Under the pieces are notes generated by a model, which saw nothing but the letters and a program-made list of their open reading frames with translations, did not search any database and was not told the DNA's origin. A DNA stretch of 64,000 bases from Akkermansiaceae bacterium (GTDB lineage Bacteria; Verrucomicrobiota; Verrucomicrobiia; Verrucomicrobiales; Akkermansiaceae), in NCBI GenBank assembly GCA_028822935.1, contig JAPKCM010000021.1, forward strand, positions 3,509-67,508, in the 5' to 3' direction. The position numbers were made by a program, and so were the translations under genes. Numbering within the stretch: the first letter of the stretch is position 1; each line of letters starts with the position of its first letter. Shown here piece by piece: positions 8,231 to 16,710 of the stretch.

Positions 8231-10822
8231 ATGAATAACGAGGACCCCACCTGGCTGACCGACGAAGCACGCATCGCACTCGATGCCTGGGAGCAGCAGC
8301 ATCGGGGAAGTTGGATGAAAGAGTTCATCGATCCGAAAGAGGTGCGTGCTGATGTGGAGGCGCACCTTTGGCATGCGCGAGGCGAGAGCGAGGAGCCGGT
8401 CACGGTGGATCAGGTGAATGAGGCAATTCAGGAAATGGGCTTTGCTGCGCCGGTGGAGCCATACCCGTTGGTGGAAACGAAGAAAAAATCTCGAATTGGG
8501 AGTTTTCTCGATGAATTGATCACCCATCCTTTCTTTTGGGGAGTCTGGCCCTTGATCGTCGTCTTGGTGGAAATGGCGACGGGACTTCTCGCGGGGATGT
8601 TTTTCGATCCGATCTCCCGGACGCCACAGGCGGTTCTTCTTCTCTCTTTTTGCGTCCTTGGAACCTTGGGGCTGTTGAAAAAACTCAACGAGCAGCGGCC
8701 GGCTTGGCTTTCGATTCTGCGTGGCGCTGGTTTGGTGGTGGCGGGATATTGGAGTCTGCTTCTTCTTCCGGTCCTGGTGATTGGTTTTCTCGGCTACGGG
8801 CTGTGCATCGTCTACACGATCGGGATTGGCTTACTCGCCATTCCTCTTTTTCTGATCTGTATGGCGACGGCTGCTGCGCCTCTCTATCTCTTCTATGGTT
8901 TTCTTCGCTCTACCAATCTTGAGCGTCATCGCGGGCCTTGGCTTATTGGGATGCTTCTGGGACTTGGTCTTTTGCTGATCGTGGAAGGACCGTCTTACGT
9001 CACGCGTTACGCGGTTGCAAAAGAGGATCCGGGTCTTATTCGTAAATTGGGTTCAGAAGAGACGCTTCTCTCGATGTGTTACGAGGGACGGGTGGGAAAA
9101 AAATTCTTCACCGACACCACAGGATTTATTCCAAGTCTGGGAAGTCGCGAGATGTTTTGGGTAGGAGAATCGGTTGATTTGGAGGAGATCGTAAAACGAA
9201 GGGAGCTCTACTACCGCACGACCGGGAAGGCATTCAATGCGCATGATGATGGTGGTGCTTTCCCTGGTTGGTTGCCTGGTGAAAAATGGTTCAGAGGAGT
9301 GACCCTGGATGAAGATCTCGGCGGTGATGGCGTCGCGGGGCGGGTCGCTGATCTCGATCTCTCTGCCTCGCGGCTTGATGCGCATATCGATGCGGCGAGT
9401 CGGCTGGGATATTGGGAGTGGACGATGGAGTTTGGGAACTCCGGTCAGCGGAACAAGGAAGCGCGCATGCAGCTTCTTCTTCCCGCAGACGGAGTCGTTT
9501 CCCGTCTCACTCTCTGGGTCAATGACGAGCCCCAGGAGGCGGCCTTTTCCTCAACTGCAAAAGTGACGAAGGCTTACAAATCGATCGCGGTGCAAGAGCG
9601 TCGCGACCCGGTCCTCGTTCGTTGGGTGGGAGCGGATCGCGTGCTGGTGCAGTGCTTCCCGGTTTTGCCGAACAAGGACATGCGCATTCGGATCGGAATC
9701 ACGGCTCCGCTTGATGCGGAGGGGCGATTTTTTCTTCCTCGGATCATCGAGAAGAATTTTGGCGTTCCGGAGGATCTGGAAAGTTCGCTTTGGATTCAGG
9801 GCGATACCGAAATGTCTCTCGATGGCTTGCAGGGAAAAGGAGCGAAGGGGAAATGGCGTGAGACCCATGGAAAGCTTCCGGCCCGGGAACTGATGGCCCG
9901 CCATACCCACGTGAAATGTGACCTTCCGGAAGAGCCCGCGATGGTCTGGGCGGAAGATCCCTTCGCGGGGAACACGCTGGTTCGAACACGGTTGCCGCTA
10001 AGGTCATCGGAAGCAAAGGATGACCTCGTGATTGTGATTGATGGCTCGAGCTACTTTTCGAAATGGACTGAAACAGCCGATGAAGCGATCGCGGAACTTC
10101 GGGAGGCGGGGCATGGGGTTCGCGTGATTGTCGCGGCACAGGAGAAGATCTTTGAAGATCCTTCCACGCTCACCGCAATCGATTTTGCAGGTGGGCAGGA
10201 TTGTATTTCGGCGCTGGAAGCGGGGTTGAACCTCGCGACCTCGACGGGTTCGCGTCACCTAGTCTGGCTCCATGGCGCTCAACCGGTGACCTTTTCTACC
10301 GAAGAAGGATTTCTTCAGCTTTTGGAACGGAGATTTCATCAAGTCGACTTTAGTGTTGTTGATCTCGAGGGAGGACCGAACCGTCTTCTTGAAAAAGTTT
10401 CCAAGCGGATCGGGATCGCAGGCGCCGCTCGTCCGGTCGAGTTGGAGGAATTGATCCCGGAGTTGAAAGGTATTCTTGAAAGCAACCGGAAACGCTACGA
10501 ATGGAAGAGGCAAGAGGGTGCGCCGGAAGGCGGGAAGCACGTGAGTGATCAACTCGCGCGCTGGCATGCCTGGAAGCAAGTGAAGAAGGCCTCCATCGGT
10601 TCGCCGGATCGAGACAAGCTCGCCAAGCTGGCGGCGAAGTATCAGCTCGTCACGCCGGTAAGTGGAGCAGTGGTCTTGGAAACGAAGGAGGATTACAAGC
10701 GTTTCGGGCTTAAGCAGGTGGATGTGGATACGACTCCATCGGTGCCTGGGATTCCGGAGCCATCGACAGCTCTCCTTGTTCTGATGGGGAGCCTGATGGG
10801 TTGGCGTCGAGCTAGAATTTAA
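8231..10822 (+). CDS. Polytopic membrane protein: HAAS/DUF1700-like N-terminus, about 5-6 TM helices, VIT-like and vWA-like segments, C-terminal PEP-CTERM signal
   Basis: 863 aa, starting 5 nt after padR. Helical N-terminus LTDEARIALDAWEQ...VTVDQVNEAIQEMG. Hydrophobic helices at about residues 98-260. VIT-like ARMQLLLPADGVVSRLTLWVNDEPQEAAFSSTAKVTKAYKSIAVQERRDP...IRIGITAPL. DDLVIVIDGSSYFS resembles a vWA beta1/MIDAS start. The tail VPGIPEPSTALLVLMGSLMGWRRARI is PEP + TM + basic cluster. Confidence 0.75.
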   Translation: MNNEDPTWLTDEARIALDAWEQQHRGSWMKEFIDPKEVRADVEAHLWHARGESEEPVTVDQVNEAIQEMGFAAPVEPYPLVETKKKSRIGSFLDELITHPFFWGVWPLIVVLVEMATGLLAGMFFDPISRTPQAVLLLSFCVLGTLGLLKKLNEQRPAWLSILRGAGLVVAGYWSLLLLPVLVIGFLGYGLCIVYTIGIGLLAIPLFLICMATAAAPLYLFYGFLRSTNLERHRGPWLIGMLLGLGLLLIVEGPSYVTRYAVAKEDPGLIRKLGSEETLLSMCYEGRVGKKFFTDTTGFIPSLGSREMFWVGESVDLEEIVKRRELYYRTTGKAFNAHDDGGAFPGWLPGEKWFRGVTLDEDLGGDGVAGRVADLDLSASRLDAHIDAASRLGYWEWTMEFGNSGQRNKEARMQLLLPADGVVSRLTLWVNDEPQEAAFSSTAKVTKAYKSIAVQERRDPVLVRWVGADRVLVQCFPVLPNKDMRIRIGITAPLDAEGRFFLPRIIEKNFGVPEDLESSLWIQGDTEMSLDGLQGKGAKGKWRETHGKLPARELMARHTHVKCDLPEEPAMVWAEDPFAGNTLVRTRLPLRSSEAKDDLVIVIDGSSYFSKWTETADEAIAELREAGHGVRVIVAAQEKIFEDPSTLTAIDFAGGQDCISALEAGLNLATSTGSRHLVWLHGAQPVTFSTEEGFLQLLERRFHQVDFSVVDLEGGPNRLLEKVSKRIGIAGAARPVELEELIPELKGILESNRKRYEWKRQEGAPEGGKHVSDQLARWHAWKQVKKASIGSPDRDKLAKLAAKYQLVTPVSGAVVLETKEDYKRFGLKQVDVDTTPSVPGIPEPSTALLVLMGSLMGWRRARI

Positions 10823-10834
10823 GAAAAATAAATT

Positions 10835-11032
10835 ATGGGAACTTCTCTCAGCCAGCCGCTCACCTACCTGAGTTTCTTTGGTCTCTTGGTGGCGGGCGCT
10901 CTTTTCTACTTTGGGTGTCGAAAGCGGAGATGGGCGCGGGCGGAATTGATGAGCTTGGCTTTTTTGATTGTGCTGCCATCGCTCTTCTTCACGCTTGCCC
11001 TAAATGCGTGGATCACGGATGACCGTTTTTGA
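10835..11032 (+). CDS. Small two-helix membrane protein; possibly the N-terminal half of a gene split by an in-frame TGA
   Basis: 65 aa with two hydrophobic helices. The stop TGA 11030-11032 is in the same frame as the next ORF (11069). Confidence 0.45.
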   Translation: MGTSLSQPLTYLSFFGLLVAGALFYFGCRKRRWARAELMSLAFLIVLPSLFFTLALNAWITDDRF

Positions 11033-11068
11033 ACCTATCGAAACTTCTACTACGATATCGAAAAAGGG

Positions 11069-11272
11069 ATGAGCCGCGCTGAGGTTCTCGAGGTCATGAA
11101 GGCCAATTACCCTGAAGGAGGGCTGAGGAAAGGGCCCATCGTGAGTCAGGACGAGGAGGAGAGTTTGTCGTTTTTCATGAATCCCGAGGATTCTCGAGAG
11201 CCAAACTGTGAAGGAATTTTTCTCAGTTTGTGGGATGGAAGGGTGATTAGTAAGGGCTACTCGCCTGATTGA
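11069..11272 (+). CDS. Small BamE/SmpA-like domain protein; possibly the C-terminal half of the split gene
   Basis: 67 aa. GMSRAEVLEVMKANYPEGG resembles SmpA/OmlA-type domains. The in-frame read-back across TGA gives DDRF*TYRNFYYDIEKGMSRAEV, which looks continuous. Confidence 0.5.
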   Translation: MSRAEVLEVMKANYPEGGLRKGPIVSQDEEESLSFFMNPEDSREPNCEGIFLSLWDGRVISKGYSPD

Positions 11273-11405
11273 TTCTAGCGAGTTAGACTCCACCGAATGA
11301 ATTGGAACCAACCACGAAATTGACGAAAGGTTGAAAACTCCGCTGATTTCGTCCCTTTCGTGGCTCTTCTCTGAATTTGAGATGGAGAGCTGGGCGTGAG
11401 CGCAC

Positions 11406-11442
11406 AAAAAAAGCCCGGCTGCGTGATGCGACCGGGCTTTTT
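11406..11442. terminator. Bidirectional rho-independent terminator between the convergent 11069..11272 gene and rplI
   Basis: AAAAAA-AGCCCGG (11412-11418), 13-nt loop, CCGGGCT (11432-11438), TTTTT. The A-tract on one side and T-tract on the other serve both strands. Confidence 0.75.
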
Positions 11443-11465
11443 GAAAGTGCTGGGAGTCGCTCTTA

Positions 11466-11927
11466 TTAAGAAGCCACAGGAGCCTCGACCGTGATGGTCA
11501 GCGAGGTGGTGACGTCAGCGTGAAGCTTGACTTCAACGTCGCTCTTACCAGAGGTCTTGATGGGCTTGTCGAGGAGGATCGCGTGGCGATCGATTACGAT
11601 GCCTTTGGCCTCGAGAGCCTTATGGATGTCGATAGAGGTGACGGAGCCGAAGGCTTTTCCGTTGGCACCGATCTCGAGAGTAAACTTGGGTTTGAGGCGG
11701 GCAATCTTACCAGCGAGGTCCTGAGCGATGGTGAGCTCAGTCGCTTCACGCTTCACGCGGGATTTCTCGAGGTTCTCGATTTGACGAAGGTTTCCCTTGG
11801 TCGCCTCGTAAGCTTTTCCTGATGGGATCAGGAAATTGCGGGCATAGCCTGCCTTTACTTTGACGACTTCAGCTTCGACGCCGAGGCCATTAATTTTTTC
11901 GCGGAGAATTACTTCAGTGGCTGCCAT
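11466..11927 (-). CDS. rplI: 50S ribosomal protein L9
   Basis: VILREKINGLGVEAEVVKVKAGYARNFLIPSGKA is the canonical L9 N-terminus; 153 aa. Confidence 0.95.
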   Translation of the reverse strand: MAATEVILREKINGLGVEAEVVKVKAGYARNFLIPSGKAYEATKGNLRQIENLEKSRVKREATELTIAQDLAGKIARLKPKFTLEIGANGKAFGSVTSIDIHKALEAKGIVIDRHAILLDKPIKTSGKSDVEVKLHADVTTSLTITVEAPVAS

Positions 11928-12026
11928 AACAATAAAAAGATTTCGGGACGCGGGGAATACGGTTGAGAGGGTGTGGAGTCAAGAATTTAAGTGCGTGGGG
12001 ACGACCTTCAGCGGAAGTGAGATCCC

Positions 12027-12404
12027 TTAACTACCTAAGTTTGATAGACTATTAATTTGGTCAAACAGCCCCTCCAAGATTTTCGGGTTTGGAAAAAGAG
12101 CTTCCGGGCCGCCGGCATGGACGGCGAGAAAGGGTTGTTCGTAAAGTGCGCTGGGGGAGAGAATTCCGGTTTCGGTCAGCTGGTCGATAATGAGTTCGAC
12201 GAAGCCAATCCCCTTGGCGTTCGGCATACCGCTCACTTGATACTCTCCGCAAGGAGGAGCCTTGGAGCCCCAGTCGCTGCGGATGAGGTCGGCATCGATG
12301 AGATGGGTGCGGGTCTCCGCTTCTGAATAATCGTGAAGATCGGGAACAGCCTCGTTGGCGGTTTTGGTGCGTGATCTGTGGTTGAGCGACTCCAGTGCTG
12401 ACCT
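12027..12404 (-). pseudogene. hsdR: Remnant of a type I restriction enzyme R subunit (hsdR): N-terminal motif fused to the C-terminal domain, core deleted
   Basis: The frame of ORF 12027..12236 is open upstream without an ATG. Manual translation gives ...NEAVPDLHDYSEAETRTHLIDADLIRSDWGSKAPPCGEYQVSGMPNAKGIGFV, which matches the HsdR N-terminal pattern sEaeTR..lID..L...GW. This joins directly to ELIIDQLTETGILSPSALYEQPFLAVHAGGPEALFPNPK, which resembles an EcoEI-type R-subunit C-terminal domain. Helicase and nuclease core are absent. Confidence 0.6.
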
Positions 12405-12551
12405 TTGAGGATGTGGACAAGAAACTGCTGATCTACTTTTTCTCCATCCAGATCATCGAGAGCCATAGCGTTCCCCGTAACATACGACTTCGGAGTGCAG
12501 ATGTTGATGGAGCCACATGTTGCCCCACGACATGTGATGAGGATGTCTCTG

Positions 12552-14114
12552 CTACTCGGGCTTTTCGACCTGAATTCTGGGGAAGACGGGCTTGGGTTTT
12601 CCGGTCAGGTGGCCGGCTTCGAGGAGCCCCCATTTGAGGTCATCGAGGTTGAGTTCGGCGAAGCCTGGTTTGCTAAGTTGGCCGTAGATTTTTGCAGCGG
12701 CGGCTGGGAGGATGGGAGAAAGGAGGACGGCGAGGTGGGCGCAGGACTCGGCAGTGTGACTCAGGATTTCGCCAACTCGGGGGAGCAGGCTCTCGTCTTT
12801 TTTCATCGTCCAGGGTTGGCTGCGCTCAAGGTAGCCGTTGCAGTGGGTGACGTGGTCGTTGATGGCCTGGAGGGCAACGCTAATCTCGCAGTTTTCCATG
12901 GCGGCGCGGTAGGCTGCGGTGGACTTTGCGAGGGATTCGCGGAGGGCGATGTCCTCCTCTTCCGAGGTGTCGGTGGAGGCGACTGTGGAAGCGCAAGCGC
13001 CCTTGAGGAGGTTGATGGAGCGGTTGAGGAGGTTTCCAAGGTCGTTGGCGAGCTCGGTGTTGAAGATCATGACGAGGCGCTCGATATCGAAGTCGCTGTC
13101 CTTGCCGGAGTGGATGTCGCGGCAGAGGTAGTAGCGGACAGTGTCGGGGCCGAACTTATCGGCGAGCTCGTCTGGGTCGACGATGTTGCCGAGGGACTTG
13201 GACATTTTATCGCCGCGGATGTTCCAGAATCCATGGACTAAAAGAGTGGGCATTTTTGCAGCTTCAAAGCCCATGGCGTGGAGCATGCAGGGCCAGTAGA
13301 TGGCGTGCGCAGGGACGAGGATGTCTTTTCCGATGATCTGGAGATCGGCGGGCCACAAGGTATCGAAGTCGGGGAGGTCGGAGCTTTCGGGCTTCTTATA
13401 TCCGGCGAAGGAGATGTAGTTAATGAGGGCGTCGAACCAGACGTAGGTGACAAAGTCTGGGTCGAAGGGAAGGGGGATGCCCCAGGACATGCGCTCTTTC
13501 GGGCGGGAGATGCAGAGGTCGGTTTCGCCAGCGCGCTCGATGGCGTTGAGTACTTCGTTTTTGCGAAATTCGGGGATGATTTTCAGGTCATCTTTTTCGA
13601 CGGTCGACTTGAGCCACTCGGCGTGCTCGGAGAGTTTGAAATACCAGTTCTCTTCTTCGCGTTCTTCGACGTCGCCCCACTCGGGTCCGAATTCACCCGC
13701 TTCGTTGCGGTCGCGGTCGGTGAGATATTGCTCCTGACGGACGGAGTAGAATCCGTCGTAGGACTTTTTGTAGAGGGAGCCTTTGGCTTCGAGCTCGGTG
13801 AGGATGTTTTGGACGCAGGTCTTGTGGCGGTCGTCGGTTGTTTCGGCCCAGCCGTCGTATTTGACGTCGAGTTTCTCCCAAAGCTTGATGAAGCGCTTGG
13901 TGTTGCGCTTGGTGAGGGTGGCGACGTTGACGCCTTCGACCTCGGCCGTTTTCACCATCTTTTGGCCATGCTGATCGACGCCGGTGAGGTAGTAGGCCTC
14001 TTCACCTTTGAGACGCTCATAGCGGGTGAGGACATCGGCGATGATCTTCTCGTAGGCATGGCCGATGTGGGGCTTGCCGTTGGGGTAGTCGATGGCGGTG
14101 GTGATGAATTTCAT
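12552..14114 (-). CDS. metG: Methionine--tRNA ligase (short form, no C-terminal tRNA-binding domain)
   Basis: HIGH motif (KPHIGHAYE) and KMSKS motif (DKMSKSLGN); 520 aa. Confidence 0.96.
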   Translation of the reverse strand: MKFITTAIDYPNGKPHIGHAYEKIIADVLTRYERLKGEEAYYLTGVDQHGQKMVKTAEVEGVNVATLTKRNTKRFIKLWEKLDVKYDGWAETTDDRHKTCVQNILTELEAKGSLYKKSYDGFYSVRQEQYLTDRDRNEAGEFGPEWGDVEEREEENWYFKLSEHAEWLKSTVEKDDLKIIPEFRKNEVLNAIERAGETDLCISRPKERMSWGIPLPFDPDFVTYVWFDALINYISFAGYKKPESSDLPDFDTLWPADLQIIGKDILVPAHAIYWPCMLHAMGFEAAKMPTLLVHGFWNIRGDKMSKSLGNIVDPDELADKFGPDTVRYYLCRDIHSGKDSDFDIERLVMIFNTELANDLGNLLNRSINLLKGACASTVASTDTSEEEDIALRESLAKSTAAYRAAMENCEISVALQAINDHVTHCNGYLERSQPWTMKKDESLLPRVGEILSHTAESCAHLAVLLSPILPAAAAKIYGQLSKPGFAELNLDDLKWGLLEAGHLTGKPKPVFPRIQVEKPE

Positions 14115-14143
14115 GTGGGTGAGAAAACTCTAAATTTTAGAAA

Positions 14144-14494
14144 TTAGGATTTCCCAAGCTTGGTAACCTTTCCTCCCATCGAAAGAATACGGGCATTTCC
14201 TTTGGCGAGCTCGGCTTCGGCGATTTGGCCGTCGCGGACATACATTTGGGAGAGGCCGGTCCAGGCGAGGAGGTCGTCGGGCTCGAGGAGGGTGGCTTTG
14301 ATGCCGCAGCCGATGGCTTCTTTCACTTTTTCGAGCTTCAGAAGAATCATACCGAGGGCCTGCCAGCCATCGAAGAAATCGTCATCGAATCCCACGGCTT
14401 CCCGGTAGGAAGCTTCGGCTTCTTCAAGCTCGCCGAGGGCGAGATGGGTGTGACCTTGGTCAAAGGCGGCGTCCCTGGCGGCAGGATCGGACAT
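14144..14494 (-). CDS. Small TPR-repeat protein
   Basis: 116 aa. TPR-like helices (ALGELEEAEASYREAV, WQALGMILLKLEKVKEAIGCGIKATLLEP, AWTGLSQMYVRDGQIAEA). Located between the ppiD-like gene and metG on the same strand. Confidence 0.7.
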   Translation of the reverse strand: MSDPAARDAAFDQGHTHLALGELEEAEASYREAVGFDDDFFDGWQALGMILLKLEKVKEAIGCGIKATLLEPDDLLAWTGLSQMYVRDGQIAEAELAKGNARILSMGGKVTKLGKS

Positions 14495-14499
14495 CTGAA

Positions 14500-16533
14500 T
14501 TAGCGCTCCTCGGTGCTGCCCATGTATTCGGCTTCGTTCTCAGTGTAGCGATCCTTGAGCCAGTTTTGGAAGGTGGCGAGTCGGAGGCCGTTGTTCTGAG
14601 ATTTGATGAACTGCTCGAGCTTGTCGTTGAAGGCGTCGTCGACGGTGATTTCACGTTTTTCGACGAAGATGATCAGAGCACGCTCGGGGTTCTCGTCGTT
14701 TGGGAGATACTTGATCTCAGCGATGGTGCCGGGGTTGGTGTAGCGACCGGCATCGAATGCAGGCGGGACATTGGGCTGGCCAAAACTGGAGGCTTGGATG
14801 GCGAGTTCCTTGAGTTCCTGAACCTTGAGCTCGGAATCCTTGGTAGCCTCGGCGAAGGACTTCTTCTCGCCAAGGGCGGCGACGAGCTTGGCGTGGGTGG
14901 CTTCTGCTTCGACTTTAAGTTTATCGCGAGCGAGCTTCTTCTTGAGGTCGACAGTGGCTTTTACCTTAGCTTCCTCGTAGGTGAGGGGGCGAGAGGCTTC
15001 GACTTCATCGAGGCGGCCGATGAACCAGCCATCGGAGGTGTTGTAGGGCTCGGAGATGAGCTGGTCGTCCTTGGCCTCGGCGTCGATGGCGAAGGCGATG
15101 TCGGAGAGCTTTCCGATGGGACTGTCGAGTGCGTCTAGGTCGAGTCCTTTTGGTGGATCGCTTTGGGCGAAAAAATCGGTAAAGATGACCTTGTGGCCTT
15201 GCTCTGCGGCGAGTTCATCGTAGGTCGCGCCGGAGAGATCGACGAGAGGATTGAAGAAATCGGTGGCTGTTTTATTGAGGCCATCAACGGCGGCTTTTTT
15301 CTGCTGTGGGCTGAGCTTGTCCTTGGCGGACTTCTCGATGATGGGAGCGACGGGCTTCACAACAGGAGCGGGCTGCGGCTCAGACTTCACCACGGGGGCT
15401 GGAATTTCTGTGATATCAACAGGAGGCAGCGCGGGGATAGGCACTTCTTGATCAGGCTTGGGGGCTGGATCGCCTTGGGCTCCGATATCTCCTTCAGCAC
15501 CTTCAGTGGGAATCTCAACGGGCGCTTCGGTGGGAGCGGGAACTTCGACGGGAGTTTCGGTAGGAGCAGGCTTCTCAGTGGTTTTTGCTTTTTCGGCAGC
15601 GTCCTTGTTGGCCTTGGCGGCGGCTTCTTCAGCCTTCTTGGCTTGATCTTCCTGCGCCTTGCGCGCGGTCTCGGCGGCTTTCTTGTCGTTCTCGGCTTTT
15701 AGGAGGACCGCGTCCCAATCGGGTTCGATGAAGACGTAGGAAATTTTCCGGCGTTCGTCGGTGTTATACTTTTCCTGATTCTCTTCCCAGTAAGCTTTGA
15801 TCTCTTCCTCAGTGGGATTTTGCTCGCCCTCGTAGTCTGTCGATTCGAGGGTGACTTGTTGGGCGCTGATTTTCTGCTCCTGATTGCTGAAGATCTGGCG
15901 GGCGGCAGCGCGGTCGATGGAGACGGCTCCGCTGACGAGTTTGGCGAGATTCTGGGCGGTAAGGAGATCGCGGACATATTCGTTAAATCCGCGGGTGCCG
16001 ATTCCGAGTGATCCGATTTTCTCATCGAGGAATTCGGAGTAAGCGGCTTGGTCGAAGTTTCCATCAGGTGCGGCGAAGAGAACTCCTTCGATGAACTCCT
16101 CGATTTCGACGGGTCCGGGAGTGGCTCCGTAATCGAGACCGGCTTTTTGCACGGCGATGCGGTTGGCGAGGAAAAGGTGTGGTTCATCACCCTGGAGAGT
16201 GATGTTCATGTAGCGGAGAAGACCAGTCCGGGTTCCGAGGAAAGGATTGCCTTCGATGATGTTGCCCACATAGCGGGTGGCGAGCTTGCGGGCTTCGTCC
16301 GGCAACATGCTTCCGAAGGGATTGCGAGGATCACCGATGCGGTCGGAGATCTCCAGAGGATTGAGTGCCATGCGGCGGAAGTCCTTTTCGGAGTATTTTT
16401 TTCCGTCGATGGACGCGACTGGCTTGCCTACGGCAACATTGGCAGCGGTGTCTCCAAGGAAGACGAGGCCGATGAAGAGAAGGACCAGCACGACGATCAT
16501 GAGGCCGGTGTATTTGCGGATGTTTTCAATCAT
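14500..16533 (-). CDS. PpiD-like periplasmic chaperone (SurA-N domain, degenerate parvulin-like domain) with a low-complexity insertion
   Basis: The N-terminus MIENIRKYTGLMIVVLVLLFIGLVF is typical of PpiD. A parvulin-like end is present (SEPYNTSDGWFIGRLDEV...TYEEAKVKATVDL). There is a K/A/E- and Pro-rich insertion of about 120 aa. Confidence 0.7.
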   Translation of the reverse strand: MIENIRKYTGLMIVVLVLLFIGLVFLGDTAANVAVGKPVASIDGKKYSEKDFRRMALNPLEISDRIGDPRNPFGSMLPDEARKLATRYVGNIIEGNPFLGTRTGLLRYMNITLQGDEPHLFLANRIAVQKAGLDYGATPGPVEIEEFIEGVLFAAPDGNFDQAAYSEFLDEKIGSLGIGTRGFNEYVRDLLTAQNLAKLVSGAVSIDRAAARQIFSNQEQKISAQQVTLESTDYEGEQNPTEEEIKAYWEENQEKYNTDERRKISYVFIEPDWDAVLLKAENDKKAAETARKAQEDQAKKAEEAAAKANKDAAEKAKTTEKPAPTETPVEVPAPTEAPVEIPTEGAEGDIGAQGDPAPKPDQEVPIPALPPVDITEIPAPVVKSEPQPAPVVKPVAPIIEKSAKDKLSPQQKKAAVDGLNKTATDFFNPLVDLSGATYDELAAEQGHKVIFTDFFAQSDPPKGLDLDALDSPIGKLSDIAFAIDAEAKDDQLISEPYNTSDGWFIGRLDEVEASRPLTYEEAKVKATVDLKKKLARDKLKVEAEATHAKLVAALGEKKSFAEATKDSELKVQELKELAIQASSFGQPNVPPAFDAGRYTNPGTIAEIKYLPNDENPERALIIFVEKREITVDDAFNDKLEQFIKSQNNGLRLATFQNWLKDRYTENEAEYMGSTEER

Positions 16534-16666
16534 ATCGAAAATGAAGTGGTCGAGGAAATGTCTGCCTCGGTTTGGGAGTGCAGAGTTAAGGGGGAACCGA
16601 GGGAGGGAGCAAGTCTGATGGCCGACATTTTAACACTCTTTTTCAGGCCGCGCTTGCACCGGTGGT

Positions 16667-16703
16667 ATAAAAAAAGACAGCAGAAGGTCCTAAGACCTCC
16701 TGC
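16667..16703 (-). terminator. Canonical rho-independent terminator with no annotated upstream gene
   Basis: The minus-strand RNA reads GCAGGAGGUC-UUAG-GACCUUCUGC: a 10-bp stem (16680-16689 / 16694-16703, one G.U pair) followed by UGUCUUUUUUUAU. It lies about 130 nt upstream of the ppiD-like start codon. Confidence 0.7.
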
Positions 16704-16710
16704 GGCTGAG

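Noticed and set aside
11030-11032. TGA as selenocysteine or a recoded sense codon (also the TGAs at 32090-32101)
   Set aside because: I saw no SECIS-like hairpin immediately downstream. The contexts are not redox Cys/Sec motifs. TGA is clearly used as a true stop by many intact genes in the window, so alternative genetic codes are excluded.
12395-12637. ORFs 12395..12637 (+) and 12433..12633 (-) in the metG / hsdR-remnant spacer
   Set aside because: They overlap the metG 3' end and each other, have implausible composition, and show no start context.
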